Shown here piece after piece: positions 21,902 through 29,198 of a DNA stretch of 33,143 nucleotides (position 1 is its first letter; each line of letters opens with the position of its first letter). Below the pieces are notes generated by a model. That model had not been told where the DNA came from. It ran no database searches and was given only the letters and a program-made list of their open reading frames with translations. The stretch spans positions 1 through 33,143 of IMG/VR virus record IMGVR_UViG_3300037863_000077; one strand, 5' to 3'. This DNA comes from a virus (Duplodnaviria > Caudoviricetes). The translations under genes were made by a program, and so were the position numbers.

Positions 21902-22756
21902 TTAGCTATCTCCTGCCGACAGCGCCAAAGCCTGCTTATAGTCTATAGTAATTTCTTGCCCCACGCTACCACCTTTGCTTCCCGAAATCGACTGCGAAGC
22001 AAACAGGTATATGTCGCCGTGGCTATCCATAAGCATTACGGCGTTAGGGGCCGCAGAATGGTTAGTGTAACGACCCGCTGGCGTTCGTTTTCCCGCCAGC
22101 CGCGCGGGGGCAATAAGTTCGTATTGAGCAATGTTATCGGATGCAAATAAGCCTTTACCGTGAATAGGCGAATCCGTCACCAGCATCTTGTAGCTACCGT
22201 GAGGCAGCGGTATTTGGTCTGTCTCGTCCAAAGACATTGACCATACGGTATCAGGCGCAAGACCATATTCAGCAATTGCCGCGGCAAAATCTTCATGGTC
22301 TGCGTTGCAGCTATGGGCCAGCATCAGCCTGTTAGCTTTGTGAAATTCTTTCGAGACAACGCTTTTGTCTAGCAGTTGGCTTTCCAGCGTTTCCACGTCG
22401 GTCTCGTCGGTTGCGTAGACGTTTTGCCAACGCACCGTTTCGTGGATATACGCAATCTTGCGCCCCGCGCCGCCCACAAACGTCTGCGGTGCGGTCAGTT
22501 CTGTTCGCGTACCGTCTTGGTTGAACAGCGTTATGCGGCCTTCGAGCATAATGTTGACGTGTGCAGCCTTATGGCGGTGGCCGATAACATACGCGCCTGT
22601 CGGCAATACGACTTCACGAATATACACGCCAGGGCCAAAGTGGTGAACAACTGGGCAGTCGGCCTGCTCTTGAGCCAGAAAAGCCGCCTCTAGAGTCTCA
22701 ACGTCGGCTTCAGTAAACGCTGATGTTGTTAGCGGGTTTTCAGCTAGCGCCAACAT
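21902..22756 (-). CDS. Cupin-like + SET-domain fusion protein
   Basis: N-terminal HHFGPGVYIREV..P.G...IGHRHK..H cupin-like region; C-terminal SPIHGKGLFA, RYTNHSAAPN and QEITIDY SET motifs. Confidence 0.78.
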   Translation of the reverse strand: MLALAENPLTTSAFTEADVETLEAAFLAQEQADCPVVHHFGPGVYIREVVLPTGAYVIGHRHKAAHVNIMLEGRITLFNQDGTRTELTAPQTFVGGAGRKIAYIHETVRWQNVYATDETDVETLESQLLDKSVVSKEFHKANRLMLAHSCNADHEDFAAAIAEYGLAPDTVWSMSLDETDQIPLPHGSYKMLVTDSPIHGKGLFASDNIAQYELIAPARLAGKRTPAGRYTNHSAAPNAVMLMDSHGDIYLFASQSISGSKGGSVGQEITIDYKQALALSAGDS

Positions 22757-23091
22757 TAGCTAACCAAACGGCCCGACGCGCGGATGTTGATTGCAGACGC
22801 CGTTCCGGCAATCGTTGAGATAAACCCTCCAACAGGCAGCACTTGGCCGACCAGTTCCGGAAAGGTGTAAGTTTCAGCCGGCTGAAGCGTCTTGGTCTTG
22901 ACGATCAAGTTGTCGTTGCTCGCGCTGCCCGCAGCCGTCACAAGGTTGACGCTAATGGTCGCGGCAGCGGCGCTGTAGTTGGTCGCCGTGAACTTGTCGA
23001 TGATCGTCTGCAAACCCGACGAAGTATATTGCGTTGTCTGGCTGGCCTCCGCCGTCTTGGCGGGGATGATGTTGTTGATGTTGACGGCCAC
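22756..23091 (-). CDS. Putative virion protein, unknown function
   Basis: 111-aa Thr/Ala-rich ORF with a GGAGGT RBS, in the structural operon. Confidence 0.7.
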   Translation of the reverse strand: MAVNINNIIPAKTAEASQTTQYTSSGLQTIIDKFTATNYSAAAATISVNLVTAAGSASNDNLIVKTKTLQPAETYTFPELVGQVLPVGGFISTIAGTASAINIRASGRLVS

Positions 23092-23101
23092 TATTACCTC
23101 C

Positions 23102-23566
23102 TTATACGATGCTTACGATAATGCCGTTCACCACAGTTACTACCTTCGGGGGAGTATCCGCGCTGGTAAACGCGCCTGTAGCGCCAGAAGCCGCAAAGGG
23201 GGCGGGGGTTAACGCCAGTGCTTGCAACTGTGTCTGTATGGCTGCGAGGTCGTTTTCCGACGCGGCAGATGGCGCGGTGTCTGTAGCCTGCGCTAGGCTG
23301 TCTACTTTGGCGTCTACACTGGCCGTTTCCGAACCGCCGGCAGGCGCGGTCTCGGTTGTCTGCGCTAGGTTGGCCAGCATGGCGTCGTAGGACGCCAATA
23401 GTGAATTGGTATCTGGGGATACCGAAGCCGTTTCTTGGTTAGTTTGCGTGGCAGTTAGCAGCGACAGAAAGAACCTATACCATTCACGGCTGATTGAGCC
23501 GCTGCGTTCGTCGATAAACGGGACGCGGGGCGGCGTGATCTGTGTAGGGTTGATAGGCGTGGCCAT
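23102..23566 (-). CDS. Putative tail-associated protein (tail-needle position)
   Basis: Follows the gp10-like gene; ISREWYRFF N-terminus, coiled coil, and TVVNGIIVSI terminus. Confidence 0.6.
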   Translation of the reverse strand: MATPINPTQITPPRVPFIDERSGSISREWYRFFLSLLTATQTNQETASVSPDTNSLLASYDAMLANLAQTTETAPAGGSETASVDAKVDSLAQATDTAPSAASENDLAAIQTQLQALALTPAPFAASGATGAFTSADTPPKVVTVVNGIIVSIV

Positions 23567-24996
23567 CAGGCCCGCGTCCCACTCAAGATAAGTTCTGCGC
23601 CCATGATGAAGATGCGCACGGGGTCGGTGCCGGACACCTCGTACACCCTATCGCGGATTTTCATTGTCGCGCCAAGGCGTCGCCAGATGGTGCGTTTGTT
23701 AAACTGGCCCAACGCGCCCATCGACTTCCAATGTTCGTTTGACCAGGTATGCCCTGCGTCGTCAGAAAAGCGTAGCATGACTTGCGGGTCTGCGCCTTGG
23801 CCTAAGTTCAAGCCGACGCCCGTCTCGCAGTCTAGCTGCATGGCGTGTTGGATTGTGCGCGTTAGGTTGTTAGCGCCGGCGGGCAGCGCCCGCCACGACC
23901 GCAACCACTTCTGCGGTTGGTCGTCGTCGGCGTAGACGTTTAAATCAAACGCGTAGATTTTGTTGTTTTCGTAATCCCCCACGACATTTGTAGCGTTGAA
24001 AAACATTTGGCTGTTACCGCGGTGGCGGTTAAATTCGCCGCCCACAAACGACGCGCGTTCGTGCCAAGCGCCGGTCGCTACATCGAACACCCACGTCGTG
24101 TTAGCGGTCGGGAAGCTAAGGACATAAAAGCTATGGCCGTCCTGCTGGTAGGTGTAGCCCACCGCGTCCTCAAGGTTGGCGTATTCCTGCATCTGCCATT
24201 CGATAGCGTGCGTCGAGACGCGTTGCCCGATGTAGCCCGCAGCGCGGAATACCATGCCCTGCCCCCGGGCGTCTTTGCCCAGCCAGTAAATCTGGTTATC
24301 CATCTTGGCGATGCTGTACGGCGCCGCACAGCCTAGTTCGTTAAACGCGCCCTGGATGCGCGAAAGCGGAAAATCCAACTGCCCTGCGTTGTACCAAACT
24401 TCAGTTGAGTTGGAGCCGAACACCCACACTTCGCGATGGTCTATAAAAACCGCGACTACATTGTCGGGGTTGCCTTCGGCGCTGGCAAACTCCAGCGGGT
24501 CAACGCTAGTGCCGTCAAGGAGCGACGTCACCCAAATCTTTTGGCTGTTAGGTTCGTTGAAGGTAAAATAGCCGTCGATATAGCCGACCGTGCCCGCGCC
24601 GGGAAAGTCAGGGTCAGTGATCTGCTGAAACACGTCGGTGTTGGCGTTGTAGATGTATCCTTGCGGATTGGCCGCGATGAATAGCTGGATTCCGTTGTCG
24701 GCCATGCTAACCGGCCCTGTACCCGCTACAGTGCCTTTGGCGGTACCCACCCAATTACTATCAATCTGGTAAAGCGTGTTGCCCGACACGGCGTAGCCGT
24801 AAACGCCGTATTGCCACATCCCCCGGATAGGGCCGGTGCCAAGCGTGACCAACAACGCCAGCCCCGGCGCGCGTTGCAAAAACGCAGGCATTTTGCCGCC
24901 TTCAGGCACGACTTCGGGGAAAAGGTTGACCATGCGGTTGTCGGCGGCGTTGACGCTGCGCGCGACATACGCCGACCCAAGAATCGGCGTTTGCAT
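23566..24996 (-). CDS. Packaged-DNA stabilisation/tail hub protein (P22 gp10-like)
   Basis: 476-aa beta-rich protein (SMADNG; FASAEGNPD; TWVFDVATGAWHER; SDDAGHTWSN) directly after the gp4-like gene. Confidence 0.85.
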   Translation of the reverse strand: MQTPILGSAYVARSVNAADNRMVNLFPEVVPEGGKMPAFLQRAPGLALLVTLGTGPIRGMWQYGVYGYAVSGNTLYQIDSNWVGTAKGTVAGTGPVSMADNGIQLFIAANPQGYIYNANTDVFQQITDPDFPGAGTVGYIDGYFTFNEPNSQKIWVTSLLDGTSVDPLEFASAEGNPDNVVAVFIDHREVWVFGSNSTEVWYNAGQLDFPLSRIQGAFNELGCAAPYSIAKMDNQIYWLGKDARGQGMVFRAAGYIGQRVSTHAIEWQMQEYANLEDAVGYTYQQDGHSFYVLSFPTANTTWVFDVATGAWHERASFVGGEFNRHRGNSQMFFNATNVVGDYENNKIYAFDLNVYADDDQPQKWLRSWRALPAGANNLTRTIQHAMQLDCETGVGLNLGQGADPQVMLRFSDDAGHTWSNEHWKSMGALGQFNKRTIWRRLGATMKIRDRVYEVSGTDPVRIFIMGAELILSGTRA

Positions 24997-25706
24997 CAGT
25001 AATTACCCGCGTAGATGTTAAACCGCTGGCGCGAAGCCATGAGGCTATACGGCATTGCCATAACGTCGCCGGGGTTATTGATGCGCTTCAGGTTACGCTT
25101 GCTGGTCATGGCGATGCGCATGACTTGTGCCGATGGCTCGACACCAAACTCCGGCGCCATTTCGGACGCCAGATTGTAGCGGAACGCGCGAAGGTAGCCG
25201 GGGGGAAACGCCAACACAGTAGCCAGATTGGCGGGCTTCGTCAGTTCCTCGACCGAAATAAAATGCCACTCCAGCGCCCGTGTCGGGCGCGGGTACACAT
25301 ACATATCAATGTCAGGATACGACATATTGATAAACATGACCTGCGGAAACGTCGAAGTTACCGTCTTGACGGCGATGCCGTCGTATTGCTGCTGGTTGAT
25401 GAACTTGATGCCGTAGCTGATGCCTGTGCCGGGGTCGCGGAAATAGGTGCTGTCGTCCAGCAACACAGGACGGTTGCCAACAAAGTCGCCGCTTGGCCCC
25501 ATCGTCCGCGACAGCACACCTGCGGGCCAAGTAAATACCTGATCTTGCGTGGAAAACACCGACAGTCGTTCGGTGTTCCAGCTATCAATCATCTGGTTCA
25601 TGGCGTTCAGCGCGTCTTGCGACGTTTCGGCTGACGGCACTTCGCCTTCGGCCAGCACACCCAAAAGCCTGAGCGAGCCGTTGATGATGTCGCCAGCAGT
25701 CGTCAT
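24996..25706 (-). CDS. Head-to-tail adaptor (P22 gp4-like)
   Basis: TAGDII..SLR.LGVL...DAL..MN.M..SW N-terminus and YNLA.EMAPEFG motif. Confidence 0.75.
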   Translation of the reverse strand: MTTAGDIINGSLRLLGVLAEGEVPSAETSQDALNAMNQMIDSWNTERLSVFSTQDQVFTWPAGVLSRTMGPSGDFVGNRPVLLDDSTYFRDPGTGISYGIKFINQQQYDGIAVKTVTSTFPQVMFINMSYPDIDMYVYPRPTRALEWHFISVEELTKPANLATVLAFPPGYLRAFRYNLASEMAPEFGVEPSAQVMRIAMTSKRNLKRINNPGDVMAMPYSLMASRQRFNIYAGNY

Positions 25707-25712
25707 AGCATA

Positions 25713-25889
25713 TTATTCCTGCGTTGCGCGGCGGCGGCTTTTGCGCGCTTGCATTTCGTTTACCGCAGACGCTGCGTTGTCGCTAGGGTTATAGCGTTCC
25801 CAGCCAATTTCTTCATCGCACACTGCCTCTGCTTCCGAAATAGCAACTTTTGCGCCGTGAACGTCGTGGACTAGGTAGATGACCGCCAT
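25713..25889 (-). CDS. 58-aa hypothetical protein (not in the ORF track)
   Basis: MAVIYLVHDVHGAKVAISEAEAVCDEEIGWERYNP...RRRATQE with a GAGGA RBS; fills the gap before the gp4-like gene. Confidence 0.65.
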   Translation of the reverse strand: MAVIYLVHDVHGAKVAISEAEAVCDEEIGWERYNPSDNAASAVNEMQARKSRRRATQE

Positions 25890-25921
25890 AAAATCCTCGT
25901 AAAAATGGGGGCCTCGAAGCC

Positions 25922-26017
25922 CGCCGTGTAGCCGAGTTGTTCATCGCTCAAGAGATATTGCGCGCCGACAATATCTTGGTTGAGGAAAGCAACGCCGATA
26001 GATTTGCTATTTGGCGT
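25922..26017 (-). pseudogene. Truncated gene remnant with ACG in place of the start codon
   Basis: GAAAGGT RBS, then ACG-PNSKSIGVAFLNQDIVGAQYLLSDEQLGYTA, running directly into a damaged hairpin/U-tract at about 25901-25925. Confidence 0.45.
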
Positions 26018-26039
26018 ACCAAATACCTTTCAAAGAATA

Positions 26040-26059
26040 CCCCAGCCCGAAGGCTGGGG
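26040..26059 (-). terminator. Stem-loop/terminator after the post-capsid gene
   Basis: Minus strand CCCCAGCC-TTCG-GGCTGGGG followed by TATTCTTT. Confidence 0.7.
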
Positions 26060-26067
26060 CATTTCAA

Positions 26068-26463
26068 TTAGCCAGCGATGCGGTACAGATTGTACGTAGC
26101 GTCACCAGTCTTAACTGCGCGAAACAATACGCTGAGTGACGCAACGCCAGCGCCTGAACCGACCAGCGTCCAGCCAGTGCCTACCGTAAGGGTAGGAACG
26201 CCAGCGCCGGTCGTGACCAACGAAAACTCAAACGATGAGTTTACTCTTGCGCTGCTGATGTCGGCATTGACTACCGAAACTGCTGGCAACGCAAGGTTAG
26301 CCGCGCTGCCTGAAGTGTAGACAACAAGACTGCCAGCCAAGTTAGCAGTCGTCAGTGTTGCCGCGGCTGTGTACGCGACAGGGATTACAGAAGTACCGAG
26401 GATAACTTCGGTAATGTTGCCATCGCTAAGCTGGTATCCACCAGCACCATTAGGAAGGGGCAT
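26068..26463 (-). CDS. Putative capsid decoration/accessory virion protein
   Basis: 131-aa Ala/Thr/Val/Gly-rich ORF directly after the coat gene, with an AAAGGA RBS. Confidence 0.65.
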   Translation of the reverse strand: MPLPNGAGGYQLSDGNITEVILGTSVIPVAYTAAATLTTANLAGSLVVYTSGSAANLALPAVSVVNADISSARVNSSFEFSLVTTGAGVPTLTVGTGWTLVGSGAGVASLSVLFRAVKTGDATYNLYRIAG

Positions 26464-26477
26464 TTTAAATTCCTTTC

Positions 26478-26508
26478 AAAAAATGTGGCCCCCGGCGAAC
26501 CGAGGGCC
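26478..26508 (-). terminator. Rho-independent terminator after the major capsid gene
   Basis: Minus strand GGCCCTCGG-TTCG-CCGGGGGCC followed by ACATTTTTT. Confidence 0.8.
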
Positions 26509-26516
26509 GGGTTAGG

Positions 26517-27725
26517 TTAGCCCCACAGCCGAACGGCCATTTGCGGGCGAATGGTGCTGAACCCGTAAAGAACGTCGATACGGCAAGGCATACGGTCGTT
26601 GTTGATGTCGTACTGACGAACAACGCGCAGGCTGATGCCGTTATGCACCTGACGCGAAGCCATATCTACGCCCTGGGGAAGCAGAAGGTCGGCGGTCGCA
26701 AATGTGATAGCGTCCTTGTGGTAGATGAGGTTCTGAGCGTACTGGGTGGACGCAGCGCCGACGAACACGATTGCTTTGGCGTTGCCAGGCAGCGTGTTAA
26801 CGGTAGCGAGCGCGTGGCCAGCCGAGTAGATCGGCGTAACCGTGATGTTACCCGCGCCAGCACCGCTAAGAGTGACGTCCGCGGCAGCAACGAACTGGAA
26901 CAACGAACCAGTGCTTTCGCGGGTCTGCGGGTTAACCGCAAAGCAATCAGCAACGGTAAATACGTCGCCAATCTTGACCGTAGCCGAAGCGCCAGCGCCG
27001 GTAATAGCAATGGTGGTTGCACCTTCAGCAGTAATAGCCGCCGAGGTTGTGCCGCCAGTTGCTGTACGCGAACCAGTGGTGAACTGCTTGATGGACTGCG
27101 ACATATTGATTTCTTCGTAGCCCAACACGCCGGTGCCCATCATGCCGTTTTTAAACTGCTTGCTGATGGTGTCGGTCGGGTTGAACAAGCCTTTCAAGCC
27201 TTCGACCAAACCAGCGTTCGCGGCTGGGTTGACAGTGGCATAGCGCGGCGACATTACAGCAGCGTTTTCGTTCAGCTTCTGCTGTGCAGCAAGAAGGACT
27301 GCCGAAGTGGCTGGCGTAGTGCCGGGCGTACCAACAGTGTTACCGATGGACAGGAACGCGTTCGCAACGTCGGCGTCGATGCTCGAAGCAAGCTGCGAGA
27401 TACGTGGCTTGAGTACGCGGTCTGCAAAGTCGTCAAGCTGCATGGTCAATTCAGCGGACGTGAAATTGATGCCGATGTGCTTCTGGTTGGCAACGGTCAG
27501 GGTCGTAAACTGCTCGTTGTCATCCTGAACCTGAAGGGCAGCGCCGTCGGTGACGAGGGCGCGGTCAGGCAGACGGATACGCAGCGTCGAGCCAATCTTG
27601 GCACCTTCAACAGCAAAGCTGTCGTCGTACTGACGGTTGACGTTGCGAGTGATTACAAGGTTGTTCTCAAGAATTTCAAGAGCCTTCCGCGTAATCATGT
27701 CAATAGTAAGAATTGAGTTAGACAT
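26517..27725 (-). CDS. Major capsid protein (P22 coat gp5-like)
   Basis: MSNSILTIDMITRKAL.ILENNL...KIGSTLRIRLP N-terminus and RIDVLYG C-terminus; downstream of the scaffold. Confidence 0.9.
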   Translation of the reverse strand: MSNSILTIDMITRKALEILENNLVITRNVNRQYDDSFAVEGAKIGSTLRIRLPDRALVTDGAALQVQDDNEQFTTLTVANQKHIGINFTSAELTMQLDDFADRVLKPRISQLASSIDADVANAFLSIGNTVGTPGTTPATSAVLLAAQQKLNENAAVMSPRYATVNPAANAGLVEGLKGLFNPTDTISKQFKNGMMGTGVLGYEEINMSQSIKQFTTGSRTATGGTTSAAITAEGATTIAITGAGASATVKIGDVFTVADCFAVNPQTRESTGSLFQFVAAADVTLSGAGAGNITVTPIYSAGHALATVNTLPGNAKAIVFVGAASTQYAQNLIYHKDAITFATADLLLPQGVDMASRQVHNGISLRVVRQYDINNDRMPCRIDVLYGFSTIRPQMAVRLWG

Positions 27726-27739
27726 AAATAAATCCTAAA

Positions 27740-28528
27740 CTAGCGGTTGCGTTGTGCCTCGTACTTCTTGATCTGCCGTAGCCGTTCCGCATCAATCCAT
27801 TCCGACGTACTCATTGATTTGGTCGAACGAGGGTCGGTGGTGTCATAACGCGGCGTTCCATTGGAACGAGCCGTAACAGGAGCAATCGGTGCCGGGGCGT
27901 TGGAAGTTTTTTTCGACAAAGGCGCGGACTCAAGCCGCACCTCAATCATTCCTATTTCCCGAGCCTGCAAGATAGGTTCCAACCGCGCAATGCGGCTTGC
28001 TTCTTTTGGGTTGGCACCGAGGTGGTAGACCACATCAGGGCCAATGTCAGAGGCTTGGATTGCTCGCGCCATCGTTTCGGTGATTGAGAGTTCGGGATTG
28101 TACGCGACTTGGTCGAAGTCATCGTATTTGTCCCGCGCCACTTCCTCACGTTCGTGATAGGACGCAAGCATCGCGCTTTGCTGGCGTTCCGCATCGCGGC
28201 GTGCCAGCAATTCCTCGGCCTTACGCTCTGCCAAAGCATCGGCGTAATCCTCGTAAGTCTCAAACTGCTCCGGCGTGATACCGGTGGCCGGCACTTGCCG
28301 GGCCTGCGTTTCCGCAGCACGTTGGGACTGTTCGCGCTCCCACTTACGTTGCTCTCTTGCGAGCCGTTTGCCGACGATAGCGTCTAGTTCTTCCTGGCTG
28401 AAAGACTTAGGCTCCTCGGGTTCAGCGTTTGGCTCAACCGGCGTTGCGTTTTCTACAGGCTCGATTGCCGCCGTGGCTTCGAGTTCTGGCGCGGAGGCAT
28501 CCGCTAGTTCAGGAGCGTTATCGCTCAT
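27740..28528 (-). CDS. Scaffolding protein
   Basis: Acidic and helical; FSQEELDAIV.KRLAREQRKWER; directly upstream of the coat gene. Confidence 0.8.
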   Translation of the reverse strand: MSDNAPELADASAPELEATAAIEPVENATPVEPNAEPEEPKSFSQEELDAIVGKRLAREQRKWEREQSQRAAETQARQVPATGITPEQFETYEDYADALAERKAEELLARRDAERQQSAMLASYHEREEVARDKYDDFDQVAYNPELSITETMARAIQASDIGPDVVYHLGANPKEASRIARLEPILQAREIGMIEVRLESAPLSKKTSNAPAPIAPVTARSNGTPRYDTTDPRSTKSMSTSEWIDAERLRQIKKYEAQRNR

Positions 28529-28581
28529 TTAGTCTGACCTTTCAAGTCACCTGATGTTCCGCATCAGTACGGTTAGTAACC

Positions 28582-28610
28582 ATCATACAGCTTTTGGTGC
28601 AAGCTGGCAA
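28582..28610 (-). promoter_or_regulatory. Internal sigma70-like promoter upstream of scaffold/coat
   Basis: Minus strand TTGCCA, 17 nt, TATGAT, in the intergenic gap. Confidence 0.55.
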
Positions 28611-28616
28611 TTTGCA

Positions 28617-28922
28617 TTAATAGTAGTAGCTGATGTTCAGTTTGGCGCTGGCAGTTTGGTCTATAAAGCGTATCCCCATAAGGTCACCGTCGTACTGAAG
28701 TGAAACACCAACCTCGAGAGGCATGCCTACAGACGCAGTTGGCGCTACGCCGTCATCGCGCCAGCGAACACCCTGCGTTTCTGCGGTAATCAGTGCAAAA
28801 GTGGGTTGCTTATGATTGCCCTGCCTATCTTGGGTGGGGACAGTCAGGCCAACCGCGGTGGCCAGCGCCGTAATCTGCTGGTACCCCATAGCGGCGGTAA
28901 CTGCCTTGATGTTCATAGCCAT
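28617..28922 (-). CDS. Hypothetical virion-module protein
   Basis: 101 aa; VRWRDDGVAPTASVGMPL; coupled to the upstream stop (TAATG). Confidence 0.7.
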   Translation of the reverse strand: MAMNIKAVTAAMGYQQITALATAVGLTVPTQDRQGNHKQPTFALITAETQGVRWRDDGVAPTASVGMPLEVGVSLQYDGDLMGIRFIDQTASAKLNISYYY

Positions 28923-29086
28923 TAGAAGCGTTTCCTCTCTGTAAACAACCGCAGTGCGGACGAAAACTCAATATTATATTCCAGGCCTTGCCCAAAGTCC
29001 CAGCCCGTATTATTACCTGCGTCAACGGCGTTGTTTACGACAAAACCATTCCAAGTTGCACCACCAACCCAGAAACGGTTAGTCAT
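28922..29086 (-). CDS. 54-aa ORF, possible internal-deletion remnant of a long tail-fibre-like gene
   Basis: MTNRFWVGGATWNGFVVNNAVDAGNNTGWDFGQGLEYNIEFSSALRLFTERKRF with an AGGGGA RBS, coupled on both sides. Confidence 0.55.
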   Translation of the reverse strand: MTNRFWVGGATWNGFVVNNAVDAGNNTGWDFGQGLEYNIEFSSALRLFTERKRF

Positions 29087-29198
29087 TTTCGTCCCCTAGC
29101 ACAAAAAAGTCAGCCTCAAGAATGGCGTCACCATCGCAGTCGTGAAACCAGTATTCTGGCTCAACAAACAGATGGTCGCAGTCGCTACATTCGATCAT
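29079..29198 (-). CDS. 39-aa acidic Cys/His-containing micro-protein
   Basis: MIECSDCDHLFVEPEYWFHDCDGDAILEADFFVLGDEND; ATGA overlap with the tailspike stop; GAGGA RBS. Confidence 0.45.
   Translation of the reverse strand: MIECSDCDHLFVEPEYWFHDCDGDAILEADFFVLGDEND

Noticed and set aside
26541-27716. 391-aa ORF antisense to the capsid gene
   Set aside because: It is a shadow ORF arising from the codon bias of a highly expressed gene, with no motifs or RBS.
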